IMG/VR virus record: IMGVR_UViG_3300042938_002732
Span: 31,363 to 95,362 of that record
From: a virus
Reading direction: 5' to 3' (one strand)
DNA length: 64,000 nucleotides
The notes beneath the pieces were generated by a model. It ran no database searches and was not told the origin of the DNA. It saw only the letters and a list, made by a program, of their open reading frames with translations. Positions 1 through 10,313 of the stretch are shown here, piece by piece; within the stretch, counting starts at the first letter, position 1, and every line of letters begins with the position of its first letter. The translations under genes and the position numbers were made by a program.

Positions 1-4
1 GATT

Positions 5-2464
5 TTGAAGGCAGCTTACGCTGTGGACGAGCTTAATAAGCAATTTCAGCAATCTAGCAAGGAGAGGCTGTCGGGGCTTACTGAATCCTATGTTGAAAGT
101 GAAACAGCGAGAACTCCTGAAGAGCGGGATTCGGCAGAGAAGAGTATCAAAGCGAGGATCACGCAGTCCAAGGATAGGGAAAAGGCGTTTAGCGACCAAT
201 TTGATAAAGGTGGTAAAATGCTCCAGTCTTGGAACCCATTTACAAAAATGGCTGGCGAATCGCTTATCGGGACGGCTAACCAGGGCGTAAGGCAAGAAAG
301 GGAATACCAGTTGCAGCAGCAGGATGCCCTGTCTGCTCTTTCTGAAAACCCAATGGGGGCAGACCAGGAGCTTTTAAAAATCTCTCAAGAGAGAGTGAAG
401 TTGGAGCAGCAAATCCGGGATGCTGCCAGGGATAGGATTCAGGCTTCGGCTACTCCTGAGAATGCCGCCAAGATGGCTGCAACACAAAAGGTGAAGGCTC
501 AAAACGAATTAAACTACGCTGAAAAGGCTACGGAAAACAAGTATAATGATACTAAGAATTTGAATTCGGCGTCAGTCAAATTTCAAGAATCACAGGAAAA
601 GCGGGATAAATATGTCGGCGATGTTGAAAAGGGTATTTCTGAGTCCCGTGATCTCATAAAAAAGAGCACCCCTAAAAGCATGAAATGGGAAGTAGATAAG
701 GCTCTCGAAGAAGGTAATTTTGATGATCTGAATAAGTTTGCTGACAAGGGGATAATAGATAAGGGGGCTCTTGCGCAATATCGCGAAGGGCTGGCTACAA
801 AGCGGAGTATGGGGGCAAGTCGGCCGGAGCTTGACTATGGGGCTTTCAATACGAACGCCGTATCTGACAGCGGGAAGATACAAGCCGAGATCGCTAAAAG
901 AACAGCGATGCAGGAAGAAGAGAAGACGGCTTTAAGGGACGGGGACTCGGTGGCATTGAATAGCGTTAGGGCTCAAATGGTTGGATTAAAGAATCCGCTC
1001 ACTGGCAAGTCCGAGCTTGAAGGTAATAAGGAATTTGATGACCTGAATAGTGAATTGGCTGAGGCATTAAAAACGATGGATGTGCCGAGAATTCAGGATA
1101 TTCAAGGGAAAATGGGCGAATTGTCCTCAAAGAGAATGGCTTTGAGTGATCAGCGGCTTCAGACTGATCTAAAAACAGCTTCTGACAAGGAGGATCCGAA
1201 TGCAAAAAGAACGGCGCTTGAAAATGCAACTATAGTAGATCAGCAAGCCAAAGAGGCTGTCGCGGCGGATACGGCATCCACTGCGGCTGGGCAGCGCAAG
1301 CTCAATGTGCAGATGCAGATCAATGCTCTGCAGGGTATGGAGGGGGGTGACGGCAAGGCGGCAGCGGCCGAGCTGGAGCCGGAAATCGCGCAGTTGCAGA
1401 AAAAGCAAGAGGCCATGAAGAGGTTGGTCGAAGCGGAGGCGGCTGTCGATGCGGCGGAAAAGGGTGGTGACAAGGGGAAGATCGCCGAGGCGCAGGCGAA
1501 TTACAACACTCAGCGGGTGGAAGCCATGAAAGCGGGCTATAAGGACGGGGATACCGAGGATTCAGTTAAACAAGAAGTCCAGGGTGTGAATCAAGTCTTG
1601 CAGATCCGGAAGCAACAGGCTGCGATCGAGCAGGCTGCGGCGCAGCGACGGCGGGATGATCTCATGAATGAAATGAAGATGGTCAACCAGATCAGCCAAT
1701 TACGACTACAGCGCACTAATGCCAAGATGGGGGATGATAATGATCAGGGTAAGACTGAGCGGGATGTGAAGCTCGGTGACTTGAAGCGCAAGGAGAATGA
1801 TCTGGAGAAGGCGCGGGGGGCGGCCAGTGAGCGAGATGCTGCCATAGAGGCCATGAATGGTGCGGCCACGAACGAGGAGCGTGATCGCTTGTCTGCGGTG
1901 GTGGCCGATAAAAAGAAAGAAATGGAGTCTCTGGGAGTAGATGGGAATGCGAGCGCAGGGGATGTGAGCACGAAGCTGGCTCAAAACAAGGATGAGCAGC
2001 AGAATGTGAAGGTGCAGCAGGTGCTTCAGCGCAAGGGTTATGAGGATGACGCGAAAATCGCCATAGCCCGCACGAAGGAAGACTATGGGGTAACGCGCGG
2101 TGAGCGCGAGGCGGGCCGTAATGAGCGCCGTGCGGCAGAGGATGATAAGATGAAAAAAACCTTGAAAGAAGATTACGAGAATAATCAGGGTATGAGCTCT
2201 GGCGAAGCGGAGAAGATGGCTGAGTTGGAGACCAAGAAGCAACGGCTTTTGGCCGATGATGCCGAGGCGGGCACGCCGCGTATTGATAGTCTTACTGCGG
2301 TGGGTGGAGGAGCGACAGGCTCGGTGGGGCCGGTGAAGGATATTCAGGCGGAAATCAAGAAGGTGAATGAAGAAATGAGGGGGTTGCTGGAATCGATCGT
2401 GGCGAGCACAAATGAGCAGATGTCTATAGTGCGTGGGTATCAACCGGATAGCCCGGGCATGTAG
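5..2464 (+). CDS. Tape measure protein, C-terminal part (5' truncated)
   Basis: Long A/E/K/Q-rich helical ORF open from the window start, directly upstream of tail genes; ends with a DSLTAVGGG-type tail. Confidence 0.75.
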   Translation: MKAAYAVDELNKQFQQSSKERLSGLTESYVESETARTPEERDSAEKSIKARITQSKDREKAFSDQFDKGGKMLQSWNPFTKMAGESLIGTANQGVRQEREYQLQQQDALSALSENPMGADQELLKISQERVKLEQQIRDAARDRIQASATPENAAKMAATQKVKAQNELNYAEKATENKYNDTKNLNSASVKFQESQEKRDKYVGDVEKGISESRDLIKKSTPKSMKWEVDKALEEGNFDDLNKFADKGIIDKGALAQYREGLATKRSMGASRPELDYGAFNTNAVSDSGKIQAEIAKRTAMQEEEKTALRDGDSVALNSVRAQMVGLKNPLTGKSELEGNKEFDDLNSELAEALKTMDVPRIQDIQGKMGELSSKRMALSDQRLQTDLKTASDKEDPNAKRTALENATIVDQQAKEAVAADTASTAAGQRKLNVQMQINALQGMEGGDGKAAAAELEPEIAQLQKKQEAMKRLVEAEAAVDAAEKGGDKGKIAEAQANYNTQRVEAMKAGYKDGDTEDSVKQEVQGVNQVLQIRKQQAAIEQAAAQRRRDDLMNEMKMVNQISQLRLQRTNAKMGDDNDQGKTERDVKLGDLKRKENDLEKARGAASERDAAIEAMNGAATNEERDRLSAVVADKKKEMESLGVDGNASAGDVSTKLAQNKDEQQNVKVQQVLQRKGYEDDAKIAIARTKEDYGVTRGEREAGRNERRAAEDDKMKKTLKEDYENNQGMSSGEAEKMAELETKKQRLLADDAEAGTPRIDSLTAVGGGATGSVGPVKDIQAEIKKVNEEMRGLLESIVASTNEQMSIVRGYQPDSPGM

Positions 2465-2485
2465 TTGACTAAAGGAAAGAGGCAA

Positions 2486-3202
2486 ATGACATCGACAATG
2501 CCTATGCGCCTGGGTAATGATGCGCCTGCTTATCTCTTAAGTGATGAAGCTGATATTGACAATGGCCGCACGATCGTCTGGCGCAAGCAGAAGGTGCTGG
2601 GAGCGAATGTTAAAATCACAGCGACAGATCTGGACCCTCCTAATCCTGGGGTTCCCTGCGGTTTAGTAAGTGTCGGCGTGCAGTGTGATGGGGGGGTGGC
2701 GGATATTATCTGGACATTCCGCTCGGAGTGGGGCAAGCCTTCCTATGAACTGCAAGGCTCCACTGGGCAAGAGCCGATCACGAGCCACCAGAAATACGCT
2801 CAACTTTACGAAAAATACGCGGTCACGGAGCGCGGAGGGGAACCAATATGGATGGAGAAGGATCCCGATGGCAAGAGTCAAGGCACGGGATTGAGTAAGG
2901 ATGGAGTGGTTGTCTCCAATATAAGCCCGCTTTACGGGGTGCGGGACTACTTGGCGGCGCAGGCTGTATATCGGTATACAGAATTTTATACAGACAGGGT
3001 GAGTATCCCGCAGGACTTGGTGAGCAAGGTGGGGAAAATCGATACGCCGAAAGAACTCAAGAACCCTGGTCCTGATGGGAGGTGGCTGCGCTGCGGGGCC
3101 AGTATCCGGCAGACAGGAGACGCTTTTCAGGTCACAATCTCGTGGATGTGCAGCCAAAGTTCCAAGCCGGAGGGCCTTTGGAAGAGCGAAATTTATGGTT
3201 AA
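2486..3202 (+). CDS. Putative tail protein (paralog family A, copy 1)
   Basis: Follows the tape measure gene; shares QEPITSH and PLYGVRDYL motifs with the next two ORFs. Confidence 0.6.
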   Translation: MTSTMPMRLGNDAPAYLLSDEADIDNGRTIVWRKQKVLGANVKITATDLDPPNPGVPCGLVSVGVQCDGGVADIIWTFRSEWGKPSYELQGSTGQEPITSHQKYAQLYEKYAVTERGGEPIWMEKDPDGKSQGTGLSKDGVVVSNISPLYGVRDYLAAQAVYRYTEFYTDRVSIPQDLVSKVGKIDTPKELKNPGPDGRWLRCGASIRQTGDAFQVTISWMCSQSSKPEGLWKSEIYG

Positions 3203-3938
3203 GATTCACGGCAAGGCGGCTGAATCCGCGCGGTTGGAGAGTATCACTTGGCGCAAGCCTGCCTTGATCGAGATTACGCTCTCGCAGTATGAGGAGCCTG
3301 GCAAGGAGGCGGCGATGCCAAATTTAGCGGATTTTACAGATTTCAAGGCGACGCATGTGGGGTCGAAGCTGGAAGTTCATGAGGGGGTTCGGCGGCGGTT
3401 TTTCATTTATCGCATGGCAAAGAATATCCCGATGTCGCCCACTGAGCGGAATAGGCAAAACTACCAGGAGCAGTGGGGTGTGAACACGGTCTTGAATCAG
3501 CAAGAGATACAGCAGCATCCGAAATTCCCGCTGATTAAAAAGAAGTATAATGGCAGTGTGGTGAATGAAGTGGTGGTCTGGCCGAGATATATCCAGGACC
3601 CTGAATCGAAGGATAAAAAAGTGATCAAAAATCCGATGTTTGGCGTTAGGGGGTTTCTTGCGCCGGAGGTGGAGGTGTCTGTAGAGATAGGATATAGTGA
3701 ATTCCCGATGGATTTCACGCAGATCAACGAAGTGGGGTATATCGATCAGCCTTTGGGCTTCGGTTTTTTTGCAGTCTCGGATCCCACGGGGGGTGGGAAT
3801 GCGGATTGGATTCTGACCGACAAATCTTTTCAAGTAGCTGGAATGGATCGCATAGAGAAGAAGTCTTGGCGCAGCCAGTGGGGCGGGTGGCCCAGGGCGG
3901 TCTATAGCGGTGGAATACAGGGAGCAAATTATGCCTAA
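3195..3938 (+). CDS. Putative tail protein (paralog family A, copy 2)
   Basis: ATG overlaps the end of the upstream gene; ESITWRKP, QQEIQQHP and NPMFGVRGFLAP motifs. Confidence 0.6.
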   Translation: MVKIHGKAAESARLESITWRKPALIEITLSQYEEPGKEAAMPNLADFTDFKATHVGSKLEVHEGVRRRFFIYRMAKNIPMSPTERNRQNYQEQWGVNTVLNQQEIQQHPKFPLIKKKYNGSVVNEVVVWPRYIQDPESKDKKVIKNPMFGVRGFLAPEVEVSVEIGYSEFPMDFTQINEVGYIDQPLGFGFFAVSDPTGGGNADWILTDKSFQVAGMDRIEKKSWRSQWGGWPRAVYSGGIQGANYA

Positions 3939-4752
3939 AGCAAGTGGAGAAATTCCGTATAAGCTGGACAGTATTTCTTGGCGCAAGCCGGGTATATTGG
4001 AGGTGGAGATATCGACTTATGTGCTTTCGGATGGTTTTACCATGCCGGCTGATCCGGATATTGCGGATTATTATGTAGCTGGGCCGGGTATCGATCCGGT
4101 GATGGAGGCGCGGCGTGCCCAGAACCAAGGCACTGCCACGCGAGTCTCGTGGGTCTTCCGGGCGGGCGAAGAGTTGCCGGACTCGCCGACTGATCGGCAG
4201 AATAGCGATACCAAGTCGCAATGGGGTATGGCGGTCTCGCTCATGCAGGTGCCGATTACCACGCATCCGAGTCTAACTCGTATTATGGAAGTGGGGGGGG
4301 GTATATTTAAGGATGGCGAGGTGGATTTTCCGAGGATTTTGAACGGGGCGAGAAATCCGTATTTTGGCCTATCGGATTTTTTGGTTCCTAGTGTAACGAT
4401 GAGCTGTGAGACTGTCGAGCCGAGTTCGCAGATGTCATTCAGCCTTATTGACGCACTGGGATACTCTAAGAAAGGTGTAGAGCAGAAGCCGACCGGAAAG
4501 GGTGGCGCGGATATCGCATTCAAGTTTGTGGACATAAGCAAAGGCTCCGGCCGTCGCCCATGGTTGCTCATTGAGCACAGCGTGCGCCGCGCTGGGCATC
4601 AGCAATACGAGGTGAAGACTTGGCGATACGGAGGGGTGTTGGGGTGGGCTGATGCGATGTATGATGATGGGTTTAATTTTTCAAGCGCGGGAGGGAGTGC
4701 CGGGGGTAGCGCTGGTGGTGGTGTATCTGGGGGGGCGCTCGGCGCGGCATGA
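3931..4752 (+). CDS. Putative tail protein (paralog family A, copy 3)
   Basis: DSISWRKP, QVPITTHP and NPYFGLSDFLVP motifs; Gly-rich C-terminus. Confidence 0.6.
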   Translation: MPKASGEIPYKLDSISWRKPGILEVEISTYVLSDGFTMPADPDIADYYVAGPGIDPVMEARRAQNQGTATRVSWVFRAGEELPDSPTDRQNSDTKSQWGMAVSLMQVPITTHPSLTRIMEVGGGIFKDGEVDFPRILNGARNPYFGLSDFLVPSVTMSCETVEPSSQMSFSLIDALGYSKKGVEQKPTGKGGADIAFKFVDISKGSGRRPWLLIEHSVRRAGHQQYEVKTWRYGGVLGWADAMYDDGFNFSSAGGSAGGSAGGGVSGGALGAA

Positions 4753-5387
4753 TTCCTCTCCTGCTTATCCCCCGCAAGGCGAAGCGGGTGCATGTGGATG
4801 CCGGGTCTGGCATGGCGGTGCGTAAAATTTCGGGGAGGAATCTGCTCTCCCTACGGCGGCAGAGTGGGGCGAGGTTTGAGGGGTCGTGGTGGGTCACGGT
4901 GGATTCTGCTGGCCCGTCGCCGAAGATTATGGTAGATCGCGGGTATGTGAATAATATGGAGCCGACGATAGGGGGTGTGCCGATCGGCGGGGTGCTGCCG
5001 GACGGGGAGCCTGCGGCGGGCGGGCAGCCCTCGCTGGCCTACAGCGGCGGTGGTGTGGCTTGGGTGTGCTTGAAGATCACGCCCGATGCCAGTGGCAAGA
5101 TCAATGCAATGGGCGCGGAGCCGAAGCTCACGGCGGATGTAACGGTGGAGATCATGGGGGCGATCTCAGGCAAGGAGGGGGGGAAGAGTTGGTATTACCC
5201 CCTGGCCGCGCTATCCCAATACGGCAAGGTTGCGCAGATGGCGTATTTTGACCTCTCGTGCAAGGCTTACAAGAAGGGTGGCGACAAGGACTGGCGGTAT
5301 CGCTTGAGCTTGGAGGCGCTGACTTGGAGGAACTTGGAGGAAATCATTGCCGAGGATGAGGCGATACGGAAGGCGATCGCATCATGA
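4749..5387 (+). CDS. Putative tail protein (paralog family B, copy 1)
   Basis: ATGA overlap; RGYVNNMEP, GGQPSL and VAQMAYFD motifs shared with the next ORF. Confidence 0.6.
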   Translation: MIPLLLIPRKAKRVHVDAGSGMAVRKISGRNLLSLRRQSGARFEGSWWVTVDSAGPSPKIMVDRGYVNNMEPTIGGVPIGGVLPDGEPAAGGQPSLAYSGGGVAWVCLKITPDASGKINAMGAEPKLTADVTVEIMGAISGKEGGKSWYYPLAALSQYGKVAQMAYFDLSCKAYKKGGDKDWRYRLSLEALTWRNLEEIIAEDEAIRKAIAS

Positions 5388-5896
5388 AAAAATTTACGGG
5401 GGCTTGGGAGGTGCGCGGCGGCCTGAATGGCGTGCAGGGGTCGAACATGGTCGAGAAGGACATGGAGGGGAATCCCAAGAAAAAAGTGGGCAACGATAAG
5501 CTCATCGTCACGGTGGGGCGGGGCACGGTGAATGGCTTTGAACCGATCGTGAATGGCAGGCCGATCAGTGGCACGGGCGCCGATGGTCGCTTGATGCAGG
5601 GCGGTCAGCCGCAGATCGAGGGGCCGCTGGAGTTTGACGAGTTTTACCGCTGCTATGTGTGCATCAAAATCAAAATAAATCGATCCACAGGCAAGATGCC
5701 CACGCCTCCAGCGGAGGATGATCTCACGGTCGTGATCTCCAAGGGCACACGGCTCGGGCACTCCTACGGCAACGAATACTGGCTGCACCCGATCGCGACA
5801 TTTTCCAAGTCGGGGGTTCTCGCGCAGGTGGCCTACTTCGACTATATGCACTACGTGAGCAATGCTGGCCGCTACCACTATTTTGCCGCCATATGA
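5384..5896 (+). CDS. Putative tail protein (paralog family B, copy 2)
   Basis: ATGA overlap; RGTVNGFEP, GGQPQI and LAQVAYFD motifs. Confidence 0.6.
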   Translation: MKKFTGAWEVRGGLNGVQGSNMVEKDMEGNPKKKVGNDKLIVTVGRGTVNGFEPIVNGRPISGTGADGRLMQGGQPQIEGPLEFDEFYRCYVCIKIKINRSTGKMPTPPAEDDLTVVISKGTRLGHSYGNEYWLHPIATFSKSGVLAQVAYFDYMHYVSNAGRYHYFAAI

Positions 5897-7017
5897 TTAT
5901 TCGCCCAAGGAAAAAGACCAAAAACACAGTGGACTCGGGCGCGGGCGTGGGCACCCGCTCGTATGGGGCCAAAAACATCTTCTACGCCCGCGACGGGGTG
6001 CAGGTGCGCGAGCGCAAACTCGGCGACCGTATCCTCTACAGCGCGGAGGCCCCGGGCAAGTGGATTCACCCATGGTTTACGACGGTGGGGTGGTTCACGG
6101 AGGAGTCGGGGGCGCTTAAAAACAACAAGGGTGTGGCGATCTCGGGATTCGCTGCTGTGGTGAAACCGGGCTTTGTGAATGGTATAGACCCGGTGTGCCC
6201 TGGTTCGCAGAAGATTAAGGTGGGCCAAAAGGAGACTTCCAGCGACCTTCTGGGCGGCGGCGACGCGCAGGATATACTGGAAGAGCCGGGGTTGATGGAC
6301 GGGCCGTTGATTCCGTTTTTTGATACTTTTGGGCTGATGAGCAGAGGTATACCGGCGGGGCTCACGGACTTGGGTGCCGTGCCTTACGTGGGATCTGAGT
6401 CTTTAAGTGGGAATGCGAGTTCTGGATATACGATCAAGCAAACTCTGCTTGGGTCGTTTGATTCGAGCGAAAGGTATGTCGCGTCGAGCGACATCTACCT
6501 GCAATGTGCGCGCCCAACGTCGCAAATGGATGTTTCGACCTATAACTATCCGTTTGAAGCGATCGAATACAATGTATCCTTCAATACGAGTGTGCTGGAT
6601 CGGCTGGGTATCAGGGCTGGCCTGCGCGTAGGCTCGATGCCTCCGAACCTGAAGCCAACGATTATGGATAAGCTCTTTGGGACGGGTTATACGGATCCTG
6701 GCATCGATTGCTTTTTGATTGCTACGGTCTATCTCCTCTCGCCCGAGAATCCCGAGATGGGCGCCATGGGGCCGATAGTCACCGAGGCGTGGGTGCCATA
6801 CGTCAAGCACCATACCTTCTGGAATCTGGAATACCGCTGGAAGCTGGTCGTGCCGGTGAACAAGCCTGCAAAAACAGACTTGTCGCTCTTGCCGATCACG
6901 GGTCGCTACACGCTGGCGGGCCAGGGAATGTTGGCGGCAGGGGGCTCTGAGTTGAATCGGCTCATGGCGGCGGTCTTTAATGCCAAAAACACAGAGGGAA
7001 AATTCTGGACGATATGA
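5893..7017 (+). CDS. Putative tail protein (distant family B member)
   Basis: ATGA overlap; VKPGFVNGIDP resembles the family B motif. Confidence 0.55.
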   Translation: MIIRPRKKTKNTVDSGAGVGTRSYGAKNIFYARDGVQVRERKLGDRILYSAEAPGKWIHPWFTTVGWFTEESGALKNNKGVAISGFAAVVKPGFVNGIDPVCPGSQKIKVGQKETSSDLLGGGDAQDILEEPGLMDGPLIPFFDTFGLMSRGIPAGLTDLGAVPYVGSESLSGNASSGYTIKQTLLGSFDSSERYVASSDIYLQCARPTSQMDVSTYNYPFEAIEYNVSFNTSVLDRLGIRAGLRVGSMPPNLKPTIMDKLFGTGYTDPGIDCFLIATVYLLSPENPEMGAMGPIVTEAWVPYVKHHTFWNLEYRWKLVVPVNKPAKTDLSLLPITGRYTLAGQGMLAAGGSELNRLMAAVFNAKNTEGKFWTI

Positions 7018-7217
7018 GTCTGAATAAAGATGCCGTATCCAAGGTGGAGTATCTCAAGAGCCTGCGTCCGGCGGCGGCGCTGGATGTTGATTTCCCGTTT
7101 TTTCATGAGTGGGCGCGGAAGACTGAAAGTTTGGGCGATGCGGGGTGGAGCGGTAAGTCTCCTTCTGGCTTCGACCCGGCGTATTATGAGGCCGAAATCT
7201 CGCTGCCTCTGCCATAG
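7014..7217 (+). CDS. Small hypothetical protein
   Basis: ATGA overlap; fills the operon gap exactly. Confidence 0.55.
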   Translation: MSLNKDAVSKVEYLKSLRPAAALDVDFPFFHEWARKTESLGDAGWSGKSPSGFDPAYYEAEISLPLP

Positions 7218-7238
7218 TTGACGTTTGGTGGGGGCAGG

Positions 7239-10200
7239 ATGGCTTCCAACGAGTATATTTACGCGAACCTCAGCACGCGCGAAGCGACGGGATCGACGGG
7301 TTCCCCGCTGACTTTTTCTTGGGTGGCGGGGCAGAGCGTGTCCTACGCGCTGCGGTTTTTGCAGCGGGATAGTGCGGGAGCGCTTGGTGAGACGGGGCTC
7401 GATATCCTGAGTCTGCGCGCAGCGATCGGGCGCGAGGGGGCTTGGCCCGAGAGCGGGTGGTATAAAATAAAGGTGGGTTTTGCGCCTTCCGACTCCGCGA
7501 ATACCACGGAGAGAATTGATTTTAATGCCGGGGCGCTCGATGTGGAGGAGGCTCTCAATGCGCTCACGGGCAAGCCTGCCGAATTCCGCTGCGATGAGGG
7601 GGCGAATACCGTCTTGATCCGCCGCGTAGATGGTGGGGAAGTGACGCTCTCTGTGGTGGGCGATGGGCTGAGGCCGACTTCTTTTGGTAAAATACTTGGC
7701 GGCAGGAGATTCCCAGAGCGAAAGGCGCGGCTGTCGCTGGGTGGTGGCAGTGGATTGACCTTCGTCAGTAGGTTGGAGGGCGAGGCGGGTAATGGGATTT
7801 CCGTGCAATATGTGGCTCCGAGCACGCTGAATGCCGCAATGTCGGTGACTGTTGCTGGCAACAAGATCACGGTGGGCCTGTCGCGGGCATCGGGGGAGCT
7901 TACGGCGACGGCGGCGACAATCAAGGCAGCGGTGGAGGCCAGTGTGGAGGCGAGTGCCTTGGTGGGGGTGGTGATCCTCGATACGGGGCTCAGTGTTGCG
8001 GCGGCGCAGGCCGAGGCATTTCTCTCGGGGGGCATGAACCCGAGTGGCTACGAATACTCACTACAGCTGGCTCAGGCACCTGTGGTCTTTACGGACTGGG
8101 CAACGCGCAATCTACCGGCCGCGCCGGTCGTAACAAGAATTCAAACTGGAGGCCGGGTAGACGCCGGTTTTGTCACTACAATCTGGAATACAATTCAGGC
8201 CCTCTCCGTGCCGACAGATTTTCGCGGGGCGTATCAATTCAAGCGCGGGCTGAAGCGCTCCTCGCTGGTGAGTAAGGATGATGGCACGGTGGCGATCGCG
8301 CGGATTCTCAACGCTCTGCTGGCTGAGGAGGGCGGCACTGTGGTGGTGACAAACCCGAACAACAATGTGGCGCATATCGAGTTTGGCGGCACTTTTGCGG
8401 GCTACGACATTGCGAATCTGGAAATTGCGGTCTACTCCACGCCTCCCCCGGACTATGTTTTCAGTCTCGACTTGGGGAGCGCGGATTTGGCGGAAATGCT
8501 GCAGGACAAGGAAAGTGTCACGCTGCCCTTTGAGGTGGAAGCCACGGTGTGGGAGGATGTGAGCGACCCGACTCTGGGCACGAAGGTCATCAAGCTTTGG
8601 AAGACCACGGCGGCGATCAAGCGTAATGTGCTCTGGGATGCGCTGGCAGTGCGCCCGCCGATTGATTGGCTGCGCAGGCCCATGCCTGTGGACTATGTGC
8701 CGTTCGCGGGCACGCAATTTCTTGTCGGCCAGCAGGCGGCTTACACGACAGTGATTGGCAACGGGAGCACAAAAGTTTTCTCGGTGGCTCACGGTTTGGG
8801 CGGCGGGCTGGAGCAGGTGGGGCAGAGCGTGATTTACAGGGACGAGGGGGTGGTCTCGGTGGATGTGAGGGAGAACAAGGCCTCGGGTCGCCAACTGCGG
8901 GATGATGAGTATGTGCTACGATTTGTCTCGGCGGGCAGTGTTTCTCTGGAGTTTGACGAGCCGCCCGATGAGGATGGCTTGGTGGTGGTCGTGCTCGGCT
9001 ACGGGCAGGAAAGCGCCTTTACGAGCCACACGCACCCCATCGACCAGATCAAGACAATCGGCTTTGACGGGGCTACTGGCGAGTCGCTGCGCGTGATTTT
9101 GGAGGACTTCCAGCGCCGTATAGCGCGCTTGGAACTATTGATTCCACGAGGCAGCATAAGCCTCGGGAGTGGGTTGGAGAAGAAAAAGACGCAGATTCCG
9201 GCGATCGGCGAGATACTGCCGGATATAGCGATGGAAGGCGGTGAGGGCGAGCCGCTCTCGCTGGCGAGCCAGATCATCGCGCCCGCGCTCAAAGGCGATG
9301 CGCCGAGGGTCGTGGCTGGCACGGAGCTGGAAGACCAGAAGAAACTTTTCGATGCCGAGTTGCTGCGGGTCAAGGCCGAGGCGGCAGCAGAGCTCAAGGC
9401 CGCGCAGGAGGCCGCCAACAAGGCGGCTGAGGAGGTGAAAGTGAAGGTGGATCAAGAGGCTGCGCAAAAGAAAACCAGCATGATCTCTCGCGTTTCGATC
9501 GCCGAATTTGCCACGCGCCTCACGGCGACTGGCACGGCATCGCTCGTCGCATTGCCCAATCTTTATCCCTCTATGCGCAACGGCAAATACGCCTGGTTGC
9601 TTCCTGCTATTCATGATGCGGTCGCGCAGGATGTGTCGGCACTGCCGACGGCTGCAGCGGGAAATGTGTATCGCAATGCGGGGTCGCTGCCACTCGTGCT
9701 GCCTGGCGGTGGCGGGCGCAAGGGGCAGAGTGTGCCTGCGGGCGGATTTTTCGGTGGCGACGGGCGCGCTCTCTATGCGCTGCGGCGGGCAGGCACGACC
9801 ACGAGCTACCACCCGATCGAGATGGAGCGCGAGCTCATTCGCTTGGTGGTGCGCGAGGGTCAGTTCCCGCTGGCCTCCGAGTTGAGCCTCGCGTGGCAAC
9901 TAAATCTTTCCTTCCTGACTGAGACGCTGGTCGCGGGGGCGGGGTATCTCATGCCGGTAGAGGTGGCTCCCCTCCCCTCGGCCAGCACACCCGCTACCAC
10001 GGGCGCAAATGTGGGTGCTGTCGGACAGGCCGTGCTCCTGGCCTCGCCGCGCATCGGATTTTCCAGAGGCGTCTCGGAGACGCGGCAATTCTCGCTCAAG
10101 CTCGCTCGCAAGCTCAACGAAAGCGGGCAGCCTGTCGGCACAAGTCAATTCACCGATTACGTCGAGTCGATCGGGCTGGAATTCCCCCAAGGGGACTTCC

Positions 10201-10313
10201 TGCTCACTGTGCGCTTGGTGCAATGGGATGTGGATGACAGCACACCTGTGCCGACTGGCCAGGTTGGCGTCTTGATGCCTGCCACTCAGATGACAGTGGA
10301 GCAAACGATATGA
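7239..10313 (+). CDS. Large tail/baseplate structural protein
   Basis: About 1020 aa, beta-rich, in the tail operon; IGNGSTKVFSVAHGLG and SHTHPIDQI fibre-type motifs; coiled-coil linker. Confidence 0.65.
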   Translation: MASNEYIYANLSTREATGSTGSPLTFSWVAGQSVSYALRFLQRDSAGALGETGLDILSLRAAIGREGAWPESGWYKIKVGFAPSDSANTTERIDFNAGALDVEEALNALTGKPAEFRCDEGANTVLIRRVDGGEVTLSVVGDGLRPTSFGKILGGRRFPERKARLSLGGGSGLTFVSRLEGEAGNGISVQYVAPSTLNAAMSVTVAGNKITVGLSRASGELTATAATIKAAVEASVEASALVGVVILDTGLSVAAAQAEAFLSGGMNPSGYEYSLQLAQAPVVFTDWATRNLPAAPVVTRIQTGGRVDAGFVTTIWNTIQALSVPTDFRGAYQFKRGLKRSSLVSKDDGTVAIARILNALLAEEGGTVVVTNPNNNVAHIEFGGTFAGYDIANLEIAVYSTPPPDYVFSLDLGSADLAEMLQDKESVTLPFEVEATVWEDVSDPTLGTKVIKLWKTTAAIKRNVLWDALAVRPPIDWLRRPMPVDYVPFAGTQFLVGQQAAYTTVIGNGSTKVFSVAHGLGGGLEQVGQSVIYRDEGVVSVDVRENKASGRQLRDDEYVLRFVSAGSVSLEFDEPPDEDGLVVVVLGYGQESAFTSHTHPIDQIKTIGFDGATGESLRVILEDFQRRIARLELLIPRGSISLGSGLEKKKTQIPAIGEILPDIAMEGGEGEPLSLASQIIAPALKGDAPRVVAGTELEDQKKLFDAELLRVKAEAAAELKAAQEAANKAAEEVKVKVDQEAAQKKTSMISRVSIAEFATRLTATGTASLVALPNLYPSMRNGKYAWLLPAIHDAVAQDVSALPTAAAGNVYRNAGSLPLVLPGGGGRKGQSVPAGGFFGGDGRALYALRRAGTTTSYHPIEMERELIRLVVREGQFPLASELSLAWQLNLSFLTETLVAGAGYLMPVEVAPLPSASTPATTGANVGAVGQAVLLASPRIGFSRGVSETRQFSLKLARKLNESGQPVGTSQFTDYVESIGLEFPQGDFLLTVRLVQWDVDDSTPVPTGQVGVLMPATQMTVEQTI